Assembly: GCA_047495785.1 (NCBI GenBank)
Contig: JBLDXI010000004.1
Coordinates: 124,001-188,000, forward strand
DNA from: Lepidodermella squamata
Taxonomy: Eukaryota; Animalia; Gastrotricha
Direction: 5' to 3'
Length of the DNA stretch: 64,000 nt
Part shown: positions 25,966 through 39,138 of the stretch, piece by piece
How positions within the stretch are numbered: position 1 is the first letter of the stretch
Layout of the letters: the number at the start of each line of letters is the position of its first letter
Program-made: the position numbers and the translations under genes
The notes under the pieces: model-generated
Told to the model about the DNA's origin: nothing
What the model saw: the letters and a program-made list of their open reading frames with translations, nothing else
Database searches by the model: none

Positions 25966-28900
25966 TTAATTTCTTCGGTTAAATCGCCGATAAAAGATGG
26001 AAATTCTCTCGGTAGGTTTAATTTAATAAAAGTAATGAATTTCCTACTAAAAGTTACAAAATTAAAGAATAGTTGCACAAATTCTGGGACACTCTGTATT
26101 TATCCACCTTAATATCGATTTCGTCGCCATAAAACATCATGAAATTGATATTTTCAAGCTTTCCTTATTGTTAAAATGGCTAATACAGGTTTTTGTACAT
26201 TTCAAATCGGCCGCCTCAGGGCGGAAAAGTGAGCCGCATGATGAGACTTGCGCTGAGCTAAAAATTAGGTAAAAACAGCGACTGGTCGAGGGTCGAGGGT
26301 CGAGACCATGATTCACCGTTTCACACCGTTTCCATAATATGGAGGTACAGCCATTGGCCGTGGCCCGTAATTTTGGGTTGGCGGAGTCTGGCGAAATTAA
26401 TTTCAAAATTAATCAGAAAATGTTCTTCTTCTTCTGGCTGTAGGTCATAGTCAAAAAAGCCGAAATAGCAACAATAAATCTGAAAAATTTGTTACCACGA
26501 AGCTGTAATTGAACGCTGATGCCTTCACTTGAGCGGCGTAAATATACATATTTAAACATATTTCCAGAGGTATTGTGTCTACTTAATTTTGGTACCGTTA
26601 ACACTGAAAATTGAGTTTCGGCAGCTAAAAATATAGAGCTATAGAAAAAGGTTGTATCTATTCAGACCCCCATCGGAATTCACTAAAATTCAAACGCTTT
26701 GAATTTTTTGTTGAATTTAGGGTTATGAAGTTTTCGAAAATTTAGGGAAAAATCGCATGGAACCGTGAAAAATGCAGCGTGGCATTGCGGGACTTTCCAT
26801 AGATATATCAAAAAAGTCAAATCAAGATAAAATCTATTGAAACTACCCGCACGTCGGCGGATGAAGGAATGCCTAATAAATGGTAAGAGCTGACTTTTCA
26901 CCTGAGTGGAAAGAAATTGAGGTTTTAAAATACGTGTAGTCCCAGTCTTTAAATTTCGCGTCGAAAATCTCACTCAGAAAAATCAGCACTGTTTGTGTGA
27001 CAAGCTGGCATTTACTGTCTTTGAGTTTAATTTAAAAGCGATTAAGAGTCACGTGACTAGTGTGGCTGTATTAATGACGCAACAATGAAGGCAGGAGCCC
27101 TTCTAAACGGGGGGTCGTGATTTTTTTTGGACTTTTGCTTAAATAGAGGTGATTTTCTCGGTCAGTTTGTAAAATTTTCGAATTTTGAACATATCCTAAG
27201 ATTCCTCTGCTCTTACATTATAATATCACTTAGAAATAGCTTTAGAATGAATTTTACCATTAAAATGCTGGCGGAAATACCTGTTATATATGCCCATTTT
27301 GAGGATTGTTCTGGTTGCTTGTTGACCATTGTTAAGCGATTTTAGGCGATTTTAACCGGATTTTCGAGCCATATATGGCTGCTAGCAGTCGTAGCAACCA
27401 GATTGTCGAGAAAAAACGGTTGCCGAAGCATTAAAACTGGCAGAAATCTAACTTTTAGGTAAGTGAAAAAGCAATAAAAACTGCCTTTTATACGCACAAA
27501 TTTGAAATTTGTGCGCAGCTTGTGTATTTTTTTATAATCCATGAGTGCGAAATTTCCACAATGCTTTTTCATCCGAGCATTTTTTTAAGGCGATTGTGTG
27601 GGGCAATTTTTGACAGATATTCATATTTAGAATTTGAAACTTATAGTTTCGCTTCAAATATCGAGCTTAATAATTATTATCACACAAATCAAGGATGGGT
27701 ATTTATATATAGATAAGTAACAAGTATTTCATATACCGCTTCATTTCATATATGTATTTCTGATTTAAATGGAATTTTTTTAGAAATTGTTTCTACATAA
27801 ATTCGATGATTTTAAAGATTTTTCGAGCAAATTTTTTTCTTCTATTATCCTTTCTTGAAGCGCCATCGATTAATTAATTCGGAGCGGTTGCAATTGCCGC
27901 CGGCGGTATTAAACATCATTCTCATTTTTTTTGAAATTTGCCATTTTATCGCAATTTTATTACAAAAATGTTGGACGCATTTTTCGCCATTCTCTCGCCA
28001 ATTTTCGCTATGGCATCCTGAACAGAAGAGAATTAGTGTGTAGGGTAGCTCGGTTGGCGTGCGTGACCTACTTCCGCCGTTTCGGTACGGTGTAATTAAG
28101 CGGGCTTTCGCTCGCCGTTTTATTACTGACCTACCAGAAAGCGGGTATATTCAACAGGTCTGCTTGATGTGCAGTATTGTGGACTTGTTATGTACGTTGC
28201 TTGTCTTCCTGATCCATCCTGAAATGTCCCCTTGCCACACAGTTTTCTCTTTTCTCAAAGTGTTATTAGGAATTTTTTTCTGCTGAGAAAATCAATGCAT
28301 TTTTAATGGTAATGTATTACTGTTGCGCTTATAGGTGATAAAACATCTTGGCTCTATGTGATACTGAAAACTGTTAATTTATCGACGGTTGCCGTTGAGT
28401 GAAAATTTGCTACCGCTATCGGACGCGGTCGCTGGATTTTTTATTGGTTAGTGCCGTATTTACTTTACTTTGACATGAATGACCTCACAGAAAATGGCCA
28501 ACTAATTATTTAATAATAATTATCGATTTGACCTTTCGTTGCTCGTCTTCTAAAATTAGGTGAATTTCACGTCACGGGCGGTGAATCTGGTCGAATGACC
28601 AACTCTTCGAACGTGGACTCGGGTTAAGGCTGGAGTTCAGAAATGTAACTTTTTATTTCGAATTCGGCCTGTTGATTGTTGTCATTTTTCGCCTCATTTA
28701 ATGAGCAACTCTCCGTATGCGTCCTCGTAACCCTTTAATTGTTGAGGGTCTGATTAATGGCCAATTAAAATGGCCGCCAAATATTCAGCCACCACGCCTT
28801 GTTAGCGTTTAACGCACAATACTTCAATTTTCTCGTTTTTGCTATCTAAAAGTGAAGATTTCGGATAATTTCGAATGAAGTATCCTTGGTTAAAATTCGC

Positions 28901-30099
28901 AATCTTTCTTGTTCGAATTCTCGCCATTGCTTTAATACCAGTATTATCTATGATAATAAGGTATCGACTTTGACTTTACTTTGTTATAGGACATAGCTGG
29001 AATACATTATGTCACCTGAAGGTATTTATGCGTGCATTATTATTTTTTGTTTATTTTTGAAGCGGCCATTTTTTGCATGCGCACCTATGCAAAATCGGGC
29101 GAAATATATTTTTTATAGCTTCGCGATTATGCAGGACGCAATTGTTAATCCAGCATGTTGCGTAACACAGAGATTTGCTCCATAAAAGAAAAGGGATTGC
29201 TCATTCCATGTCATTTAGTATTCATTTTGAAAATTCACTTGGGCCAAATTTTGTTATACCGCTGATAGTAGTTTTACGCTCCGCTGCGAGTCGAGAGCCT
29301 TTCGATCCTGGTAATATTTGCTGGTTAGAAATATCCACCTTAATGCCTGATTTTCAGCTGGCGTTTGTTCACGCTGTAGCCCTTGCTGGTATAGCCTGTA
29401 AATCGGCATCGATTTCGACTGCGCGTCAAATTGCGCATCACTGCGACACGGCTATATTTTTCATTAAAATCATACTCGTTTGATTCAATTTTGCTCATGT
29501 AACCTGGGTAAAATAAAAATTTTCTGCTGTTACTTCATAGCTTGAAATAGGTCTGCACCTCGCTTGAATTGAGTCTTAAAAAAAATTGACCTGTTTTGTT
29601 TGCTAGCAATTTATAAAAACGCGATTTATTTCTGAAGCTCACTCGGTTTGATAGATGACGAAGAATAGCGCGGAGGTAGCTTAAAGCGAATAGCCCGAGT
29701 AACTTAAAGCGGCGCGGCCTTATTGGATGGCTGTAGAAAAAACATCAAGTCTAATTTCGTCCCATTGAACAATTAATCGCAATTTATCAGTAAATTTAGG
29801 GTAGAAAATTCCGAAAAATGGCTGACATGTCGAGTAGGTAGGTATGTCACCTGGCACCGACTAGGTTTAGGTTCTCGTCGAGATGAGATGAATATCTGAG
29901 AATTATCCAAGAACCAGCTTCATCCACGGTACTGCGTCGAGAAAAAATTGCATCTCTATCTAATTGATGGTTCTGAAAACGGTAGTAGTGACCCGGATTT
30001 TCGTGAATTTTTTGAAGTTTGCAACGTCGACCTGTGCCCAATTTTTATACGCTACGGTATAAAATTATATAACCATTGGAATCACAGATTTTATGCTAT

Positions 30100-30462
30100 C
30101 ACTATAAAAAAAATTCGCAATTTAGCCGCTAAATAACCGACTTCTACTCGGGCATTTAGGACCCTGGGAGCCTCCTATTCAGCCTAAAAATTTCAGCTGA
30201 AGCTTCTAATTGCCGAAAAAGGAAATTCTATGCGATAAATTTCAAATTTTAGGAAAATAGTATGAAAAGGCGGGTTTGCTTGGTCATCTATTTTTGGACA
30301 CCCTAAACTCCATTTTCCCCTATGTTTTTCCCTATCTAAATTAATCCCCAATTATTCTAAATAGTTTTCTGGTATTTAGCATTCGAAATTGTTGTAATTT
30401 TGATTCTAAATAACCGGCCGTGCTAAATGCCAAGTGCTAAATAGCGAACTTTTTTTATAGTG
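30100..30462. mobile_element. MITE with CACTA termini
   Basis: cactataaaaaaaattcgcaatttagc / gctaaatagcgaacttttttttatagtg inverted repeat. The flanks tat/tac are an imperfect 3-bp TSD. Confidence 0.6.
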
Positions 30463-30991
30463 TACTTATGATTGAAATTACACTGTAGTGTAGAAATGGG
30501 AAATCGGATTTTAACAGTTTATTATCGACATTTTTTGTTATTTATTTTGGTTAGGAAAAATTGCCCACTTTCGGTTCTCAGTTGTCGTAGAACACTCGAT
30601 AACTGAGATCGGACATCCCAGAAAACGACAACTGAGACCAAAATCAAAATAAATATTTTTATTGCCGATATCCGAGACACCGACAACAGAGATTAATTAA
30701 TTAACCAATTAAATTTATGATTTTATTTTTCGTACGACAACCGAGACAAAAATATAGGGAAATTTAAAATAGATGGTAAAACTAGGACTTAGGCTTAGAA
30801 TCGCTGGCCTTGCCCACGTTGATGTCGTGTCAAGTTCGAGTCAGACATTTATCTTCGCGATTATTGTCTCGGTTGTCCGTTCTCAATTGTCGGATCTGAA
30901 ATGTCGTGGTCTCAGTTTTGGGCATACGAAGAAGAAGGTTAGTAATAAAAATCACGGTAAATCTTTATAAATGAAATTAGTGATTCTCAAC

Positions 30992-31473
30992 CATACGGGC
31001 GCCGTCGTTAACAAATTATTTTTACAAAATTTGTGTCATTTGAGACAATGGTCACCCCCCTTAAAAATCATTCTAGAACGCTGAAAACAGGTCTATATAG
31101 TCACATTTTGAGCCGCACATTTTGGTGAATTTTCCAGATTTTTATTTCAAGTCTAACTGGTCGAAAACTGGACCTAAATGACTTGAAAAAATTTTAATCG
31201 CCGAATTTTGAGTTGAAAATGTGATTTTCGGAATCAACGATTTTTTAACCCTAGAAATGAGTTGAAAATCACTTCGATTGGAAAATTTTCATTTTTTGCT
31301 AATTGCCGTTTACGGTTAGATAATTGAGAGATAAAACGGCAACCAGCGTGCAGAGCGTCATCGATTACCTACTGGGTTGTGTTATTTAATGCAAAATCGC
31401 AATTTTCAAGGGGGCAACCATTGTGTTGAAAATTTCTCAGTTTTTTTACTTTGTGAACGACGGCGCCCGTATG
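30992..31473. mobile_element. MITE
   Basis: 18-bp perfect TIR catacgggcgccgtcgtt / aacgacggcgcccgtatg plus a longer imperfect subterminal match. TSD not evident. Confidence 0.75.
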
Positions 31474-31559
31474 ACCCTAATTTCCGATTATGGAATTGTT
31501 AATATAATTCATGATAAATCGAAAATTAGAAAAATAATTATTGTAATATTTGGTGTGAT

Positions 31560-32206
31560 GAGTAACTATGCATTCTTGGAACCACATTTTACGAAAATTG
31601 ATCCCCCGTCTTGGCAAGAATCAGCGCGCTGGGCAAGTGGATTCCTAAATGTAAGCCCAATGGAGATGCTGAACTTCGTATAAATAAGTGGTTTTATTTT
31701 TCAGACCACGCGCCCTATTGTTAGGAAGGTTGTGAAAGAAGTAGAAAAGGAAACTAAAATTAGGGATACCAAACCTGTTGGCGATAGCGCTACAACGAAA
31801 CGGCGAAGTCCCACGCAACGTGTTGATGTACCAACTTCTAATTCCCATGTCTCGCCTAAGAGTACGGGATAATCCCAATATTAGGATTTTTTGATATATT
31901 CAAGAAAATTTATTTTTATTGTTAAAAGATCCGAGCTGTGGCAGCTCTTGCGCCCTTCATCAGCGGTTCTTAATAGCAAACGGTGATCTGTGGGTACCTG
32001 AAGACCCGAAAAGACCTAAACTTGTGCGAAAGGTCTGCAGGCGGTGCGTCGATGAAGGGGTAATAATTAAAAATTTGAGCAATAAGGATGCAAGATTCAA
32101 GGGAAAACAAACTCGTTTCTATTGTGGCCAATGTGAAGGCAAGCCGCCAATGTGCGATGAGCACTTCATTGAGCATCTGACGGGCTGGAGGTTGGCTCTG
32201 AATTGA
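31560..32206 (+). pseudogene. 3' exons of a piggyBac-like gene (C-terminal Cys-rich finger)
   Basis: RKVCRRC...KQTRFYCGQCEGKPPMCDEHFIEH matches the piggyBac transposase C-terminal CRD pattern. No DDD core is visible upstream, where MITEs intervene. Confidence 0.6.
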
Positions 32207-32418
32207 AACGAAATATTTTGAAAATGCGTATGACTTCTGTCATATCATTCTGTCATATACTTCTCTTCAGCTGTATTACTATTTGTCATTGCGAAAACGG
32301 TGAAATTAGTAATCTGGAACAAGAATTTACCTTCAATTAATCATAATTTTTCCAAACATTTTGTACCACGATATAGTATTTTATTTGCTGGTACTTTTCA
32401 ATTTAACCCGAACGCTGC

Positions 32419-33495
32419 ATGGCTGATATGGCTGATCCCTACGAGTTCGTTCCCGAAAATGCGTCGAACAAGGCTCTTGAAAGTGTGATACGATGCAATA
32501 ATTTGAAATTTCATGACTAATTTTGTCTTTTCTGCCAGAAATTCGCCAGTCTGGACTGAGCCCTGAAGAGTTGAAAGCTTCCTTACGCGCCAACAGGTCA
32601 AGTCCAACTCGGTTTCTTGGGGAGATGATGATAGCCGCCGCTCAGAAAACAGGCAATAGGTAAATTTATTGCGATGTAGCAGATTTTTTAGAGATACGTC
32701 CTAGATTTGCAAGAAAAATTCTTAAAAATTTGAAAAAATTAAAAAATCGAAACAAATCTGAAAAATGTTCAAAAACTTTTCAAAAATTTTATAGAATTAT
32801 TTTAAAATTATTCTAAAATTTTATTTAAAAATAAAAAAAATCGCAACAATGAAAGCCATCTACCGCAGTAAGAATTGTTGTCTGTTATTTGGTTAAATTG
32901 CGAGATTTAGAATTGAAACTTAATTTGGAAATTGTCCTCTATATTGCAACGTTTCTTCAAATTTCAGATTCGATAACCAGTATATGGCGAAAAATCCTGC
33001 CATTTTTTGCTCTGTGGCTACATACTTGTATGAAAACGTGGAGGAAGAAGAGCGGTTGAAAATAATTGCCAGGCAACTGAAAAAGTTACTCGTCCTCCGT
33101 CTGCCTCCTGGGAATAACAAAAGCGATAGCTGCCTTATTTCGGAGGCTGAATTTGACGCGGCGAACTTGATCGTAAGGGTCGACAAACGATCTGTTTCGG
33201 TTTCGGAACCGTTTTCGGCCAGGTCGACTCTAAGTGGTACCAAAGCGGTATCGGATTTGGGGTTTCGGACGCTGGCGACGGTTTCGCGCGAACTTCAGTA
33301 AAATTTAATTCATATATATTATGCCAGTTCTATTATTATTCTTGTTACAGTGACGATCCAAGAATGATGGTGGAAAATTGGTCAATCGTTCTGGCACTGG
33401 CGAGAATAGTTGCTCTCAAGTTCAGTCGAGGCACCCTGAGGCAGTTTTGCTTTGCTGAGATGCGTAGAATGGCTTCCAACATGTACGAAAAATAG
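32419..33495 (+). CDS. Orphan 4-exon gene, ~220 aa, unknown function
   Basis: Exons at about 32419-32482, 32539-32659, 32968-33297 and 33351-33495 splice in phase (1,2,2) into an uninterrupted MADMADPYEFVPENAS...AKNPAIFCSVATYLYEN...MRRMASNMYEK*. Confidence 0.55.
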
Positions 33496-34144
33496 ATTTT
33501 CTCTAATTAATGATCAAGCGAAACAATTTCTGGATATAACTGATTTATCGAAAGACATTTTAACATGATTGGATTAGAGTTTAGAGGGACGTAACTTAAC
33601 TTTGGCGTTTAAAAAATTTATGAAATTTAATTATCCCAAGTCTGCGGTTTCACATAGTTTGGTTAAATCGCTCGTTGTGCACATGATAATTCATCGCGAA
33701 ATTTGTGGGCAAATTTAATTTTCGAAATTTTGATACAAGAAATTTGCCGGCTGTGGGAAATGGTGCCCCAGCAACAGATGACTTTTCCTGTCACTACAAT
33801 TACCATTATTAATTGTAAAGTGAGGTGATACTATTGCTAAATACAAGACTCGCATGTATGTTTAGATGAATTAATTTCTGTAAAATTAAAATATTGAGCA
33901 ATTAATAAAGAAGGTATGGAATAATTTCTTGGCCATTTTTCTTGTGCGCTAGAAAGCAGCATGCTTGATAATTTCGATCAATATTTTACGATTTTATTTT
34001 ATGATTTTAAGAAAATTAAAAAAATTGAGAAAAATGCTGGTGAATTATGATAGATTTTTAGTAAAAAAATCGGAACTGATGTCAGACTCAGCTGTTAGCG
34101 AAATCAATTTTGAAATATCAATATTTTCATTTCTTAGAATCGCA

Positions 34145-35890
34145 ATGACGAGATTGGACCGTTTGATCTGCCTTGACCGCGAGTTTCTAAGCAACATGTT
34201 ACATCGGCCCTTTGTTTTGAATGTGCAAATACCTCCTTTGGCTAGACAAGTGTTGGAGAGCCGTAGAGATTATTGTTCGAAGAGCCGGCATTTATTGATG
34301 CTATCGAGGGTTTACCAAAATAAGGTGGAATTTCTGTTCACTGATGCCTGGAAACTCTTCGTTGATACTGTTGACGACCCCGAGAGTTGGATAAAGCCCC
34401 TATCTACCGATTTTTGTGAAATTCCATCTATCGATTTGCCGGAAATTCCAGCCTCTCAAAAGCCACGTTGTATCTCTCGCGTCGACGACGACCTATTTTT
34501 AGCAGGACTTTTCGAGGAATATTATGCTCCCGCAACAGCTGAAGTTGATAGGGAGGCTGATTCATATCTGGCCATTGAACCGCGCGATTCTTTGCCAATT
34601 GATTTGAATGCAAATATTCAACCTGAGGACACTTCGTCGTATACAATGAATCTAGGTGACCTAGAAATGCAAGCCCAAGTTTTGCATTCAGCCTCTAGCA
34701 TCATGGAATTGGATGATCTGGCGATTCCAGCCCCAGTTTCCTGTTCGGCCGTTGACTACGAGGACATTCAGTTGAGCGTTGCGGATTCTTCTCCCGATAT
34801 GGATATCGATGAACTGGCGATGGATTATGTTCCCGATATGGAAATCGATGAACTGGCGATGGATTTTGTTCCCGAAATCCTGGTTGAAAATGCCGAGGAT
34901 GCTCAAGGTGAGCCGAAAACGAAAAGACAGCCAGGCCAAGTTGCAATTGACGTAGAGACGGAAATCGACGATGATCCCAGTTTCCTCGAGAATTGCAACA
35001 CTGCGCCCATGACGCTAGCACCTCAATCTCGGCAGCTGATGAACGCAGCAGCTGTCTGCAATCTCGATCGGCTCATGGCAGGATGTAGTATTGACATCAG
35101 TCGTAACTTGAAGGACAGCCTTTTTCCAGGCTGGAAGGTGGTCAACCATGGACCCGGGTATTGGGACAAATTCTTCCGGTTACCGATGATTGACCGGGAT
35201 TTGTTGATTCACAGCATTAGATTTCCCCCAGGAGAAAAGTGTCCTTGTCCCCCTTTAGCTGAGGGTCACAGTTTCAATGTCCTCCCCATGGCAGAGAGGG
35301 TGGCTCGTTATGATCTCCTGAGCGATCAATTAGGGGAGAAATGTTGGTTCTCATCTCCAACTCTGGAACCCGCCATCGTCGAATCATCCATGCAGCCGTC
35401 CCGTTCTCCAATATCATCTCCAAGTTTGGAACCAGCCATCGCAGAACCCTCCATAAACCCGCCCTGTTCTCCGCTTTCCCCTCAAATTCCAGTACCAGCT
35501 GGAATTTCAGAGGCTCGCCAGGACTCTTTATTACCTCAGCCCATGAGCCCGCTCCAAGAGCCCGGAACCTCCGATGGACCACCGGCCGATTCGCGTGAGT
35601 CCCAACCCGCCAAATTGAGCCAGTCCGACGTTTTCTTGCTGTGCGAGACCAGCGAGTCTTTCGACGACCTGGTGTCAAGAAGTCTCTCATCAGCAGCCCT
35701 TCTTTTCAGCCAATTGCTGGGACTCGCGGCAAGAGGCGATATACAGCTGGTGCAGAAAACACCCGGCGCAATCGATTTTCGTTTGTTGCGGACAGTTGCG
35801 GAATCCGGTCCAAACAACTGCAGCTCTGAGGTATTCAATTTGGAAGATTACGTCGTGATTTGTAATAGGAAATACGATGCCTCAGACTGA
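34145..35890 (+). CDS. Divergent alpha-kleisin (Rad21/Rec8-like cohesin subunit)
   Basis: N-terminal LHRPFVLNVQIP...SRHLLMLSRVYQNKVEFLFTDA resembles Rad21_Rec8_N. C-terminal SFDDLVSRSLSSAALLFSQLLGLAARGDIQLVQKTPGAIDF resembles the Rad21_Rec8 winged helix. The linker is acidic and Pro-rich. Single long exon; a possible acceptor at 34137 may join an upstream exon. Confidence 0.75.
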   Translation: MTRLDRLICLDREFLSNMLHRPFVLNVQIPPLARQVLESRRDYCSKSRHLLMLSRVYQNKVEFLFTDAWKLFVDTVDDPESWIKPLSTDFCEIPSIDLPEIPASQKPRCISRVDDDLFLAGLFEEYYAPATAEVDREADSYLAIEPRDSLPIDLNANIQPEDTSSYTMNLGDLEMQAQVLHSASSIMELDDLAIPAPVSCSAVDYEDIQLSVADSSPDMDIDELAMDYVPDMEIDELAMDFVPEILVENAEDAQGEPKTKRQPGQVAIDVETEIDDDPSFLENCNTAPMTLAPQSRQLMNAAAVCNLDRLMAGCSIDISRNLKDSLFPGWKVVNHGPGYWDKFFRLPMIDRDLLIHSIRFPPGEKCPCPPLAEGHSFNVLPMAERVARYDLLSDQLGEKCWFSSPTLEPAIVESSMQPSRSPISSPSLEPAIAEPSINPPCSPLSPQIPVPAGISEARQDSLLPQPMSPLQEPGTSDGPPADSRESQPAKLSQSDVFLLCETSESFDDLVSRSLSSAALLFSQLLGLAARGDIQLVQKTPGAIDFRLLRTVAESGPNNCSSEVFNLEDYVVICNRKYDASD

Positions 35891-36755
35891 ACGTCGCTGA
35901 CCATTATTTGATAATTTATTTAAAAAAAAAACAATATAGGGAAAAGCGAAAATTTAATATTTTCGAGCTGTAGGCAACGCCCGTATTTTTTCCAATTTTT
36001 CAGAAAGTTTAAATAACCAGTTACCTAGTTTTCCTCAATGTTATTACATTTGAAGTTTCAAAGTAATGGAAATTCCTATCCTCCTCAAGTTTAGAAACCC
36101 GCAAAGTGTCACTGATGTATGAAAACTCGAAAATCATCTACCAATTGAAATAAAAATTCGACTTTAAGCGGATTGATTCTAAATAAATTTAATATCAAAT
36201 TGATCAAATTATTTCAGTCGAATTACAGCTTGTCGCTTAGGTTGCGCCACAATTTTTTAAATTTGTACCTTTTTGCAATAAATTTGATCAATTTTCGAGA
36301 TTGAAACTACATACTACCCGGAGAATCGCACATCCTTAACCCGCGATTTAATCGGAGAATATACACATTTACTGGCGAAAACTCGGAAAAGCATAACGGT
36401 AATTGGCTCGGTAATTTTTGGTATTTTACCCGGTTAGACCAAATCTCTTGGGACTTTTTTATCCCATTAACAAGTGGCATATTTGATTACTAATATCGTA
36501 TTTTTGGAATTATTTTCAAATATTTGTGAAATTTAAAAAAAAATCAGGGTCATGAGATGATGTGACATTGTCTCTCATTTTAGAGTTTCTTAACCCTTTT
36601 TCGTGTATTTTCTCTCCTTGCGTTACTTATGGCACAAATTGTATTGCTAATTTTATGAATTTTACTTATTATCGTGTAACCGCAGAGCGGTTTTTTTTAA
36701 ATGTTTCAAACTGAAATATGAGGAAATAATTCATTTCGTTAATGTCCAGTTTCAG

Positions 36756-37870
36756 TCATCATCACCTGTGTTGATACCTTCGAGTGATAGTTTGACCCCC
36801 ATTTCTTCATCTCCATTGGCTCAGGTTCCACATGGCGCTCCTGGTGGTTGTTTTAGTAGTGGTGGTCGTGGCAGCGATCGTCGTGGACGATCAATGTCTG
36901 TGATTTCTTCTGATGATAAGTCACTCAGAGTTACGACTCGGGATCAACAACGCGATCGAGATGGTTCGGCTAGGCCGCCGCCTCAGCCTACTACGACTCG
37001 TGGTCGAGGGCGCGGTACACCCAAGCCAGCAGCGGCTTTCTCTCAGCCTGATAAACCCAGTTCCAATCGGGGTCGGGGGCGTGGCACTCCTAAGTCAGCG
37101 GCGGCTTTCTCTCAGCCCGATAAACCGACTTCCACTCAGGGTCGAGGTCGCGGACGCGGCACTTCCAGCTCCACCAAGGCTTCGCCTCAGTCAGCTGAAA
37201 TTAACCGTGGGCGTGGACGTGGTCGAGGCCGTGGTCAAGTTCTTTTAGCGATGCCTTCGCCCCCGCTTTGCCCTGGCGATTCTGCCTCTGCCAAGCCATC
37301 GGCTCATGCAGATGAGCCGATGGACAGTTCCACCCGCGGTCGTGGACGTGGTGGACCTCGTTCGGTTACAACCCCGCCCGAACCTGCAACTCCTCAGCCA
37401 TTGGACGTTGCCAATCGTGGCCCAGGGCGTGGCCGGGGACGCGGTGGAGTCTTATCGCCTCCACATCCGCCACAACCTGGTGATACCAGCCCCACTCTGA
37501 GCCCAACTGCTATGTCTGATTATTCTGTGGCCGTAAATTTCTTAATTTCTTTCCTTTCCAATTACTTCTATTCATTGTTAAGGAGTCGTTTGAATTTGCT
37601 CCGGGCATTTTCGTCCACCACTTTCCACCATCGCCCGAGGACCCACCGGAATACGATGAGCCCCCAGACTACTCAACTATATGCTATCAATGCCAGCGCA
37701 CTCTCAAACCAGACGGAAATTGTGCGGCTTGCGGAATCTGTTTTGACTACGACCAAAATGCCTCCGCAAAAGACTTGCAACGCATGTCGCTGTTCGCGAA
37801 AGCTCAAAAGCGCAAAGCGGAGAGGCTCAGAGGGAAGAAGTTGATCGAGAATGAAAAGAAAGACGCCTAA
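36756..37870 (+). CDS. RG-rich low-complexity protein with C-terminal C4 zinc ribbon (at least 2 exons; start uncertain)
   Basis: Open frame with about 6 RGRGRG blocks. A phase-0 intron at ~37533-37581 joins an exon encoding ICYQCQRTLKPDGNCAACGIC and a basic tail, ending TAA at 37870. Confidence 0.55.
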
Positions 37871-38636
37871 TGTTATGAATCATGGATTATTAATTAATAA
37901 TCTCTCAGATTGAAATAATCAAACCTCAATAAATGAAGGTCGCTCTAAATCACGGGTAATAATTTAAAAATAATTACTAGTAAAAGCCGCAACTCCGAGC
38001 AGAGAACATAATAAAAAATTCTATTTGTGGGTTTTTTTCTATGATTAAAAACCATGGCAAGTTGGGTACATGTATATCACTAGCCTTTGGAATTCGAGAA
38101 ATAATGTTACCCCCCGCCAACATATGATGAACCTAAAACAGGTAACGTAACTCGCCCTAAATTTGGACACCCCAAATTTGGACACTTTATAAGCGTTAGC
38201 CCCGAATATCAATTCGTGCTGCATAACTGATAATATAAAAATTTCGGTGAAAAATAGCTTGATTAATGGACTTTCCAGCGGTACCAAATTTGCCAATACT
38301 TTCATATACTATCGATTTGCGAATAATCGCCGAAACTAGATCACTCAGAAAGAAAGTTAGGCTATTTTATTTCCATTTTTTTAGACGAAACCCTAATTTT
38401 TTTAATTAAAAAAGGTGTTTTGTCCAAAGTTGGGACCCGTTACGGTATTTGTTATCGAGAATGCGGAAAATAATATTCGTTCACGGCGGAAACTGCTGAA
38501 TCGGATGAACCTAAATTGCATCTAATCTTCAGACCATATGGGTATCGAACATTACATTTTTATTTGATTTCTCAAAAATTATTATCCAACTGCTAGACAC
38601 CGCTGAAAATAGTTGGTTAACAATTAATTTCAGCTC

Positions 38637-39138
38637 TCAATTTATTTGCATTCTTTGCAAGCGAAAAGTTAACACAAGCTCTCCCCAGTCAGGAGATATA
38701 TCGTCCTCCAGTCGCTTGAACCAAAGGGTTGCCGTTGGTCCCACTAATGTGGAATGTAGCCTCTCGTCATTTTCATTCAGCCCAATTAAGTGCTGAAGCT
38801 CAATTGTGCTTATTTGGAATCGGCGCCGTGATCTTATCTGGTTGAATCTGAATGAAATTTAAGGCTTAACCTTATCATTTCCAATTATAATAATTTATTA
38901 CTCACCGATCCTGAAGCGCTTCGAAACGAACACGGCTAATTGGGGCACGTTCCCGGCAGGTGACCACTGCCGTCGACCTTCTTCGCCGCTTCAGGTCGCG
39001 GAATACATAAGATCCAAGGGCGCGGAGCGGACCGTAGGCCGGACCGTTCCTCACCAATCGCCTTGCCTGCTTCGCTTGACGAAAGTTCACAGGCACATAA
39101 CGGTGCGGGCGCTTTGTTGGCCGACGACGCAATTTCAT
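38637..39138 (-). CDS. Orphan 2-exon Arg-rich basic protein
   Basis: MKLRRRPTKRPHRY...EALQDR, then a strong donor gtgagt (phase 2), acceptor ttcattcag, and FNQIRSRRRF...DWGELVLTFRLQRMQIN*. Head-to-head with the transposase gene. Confidence 0.45.

Noticed and set aside
33965-34144. N-terminal 60 aa of the 641-aa ORF
   Set aside because: It is AT-rich, intron-like sequence with a TTG start, ending in an acceptor-like ttcttag, so it is probably not coding.
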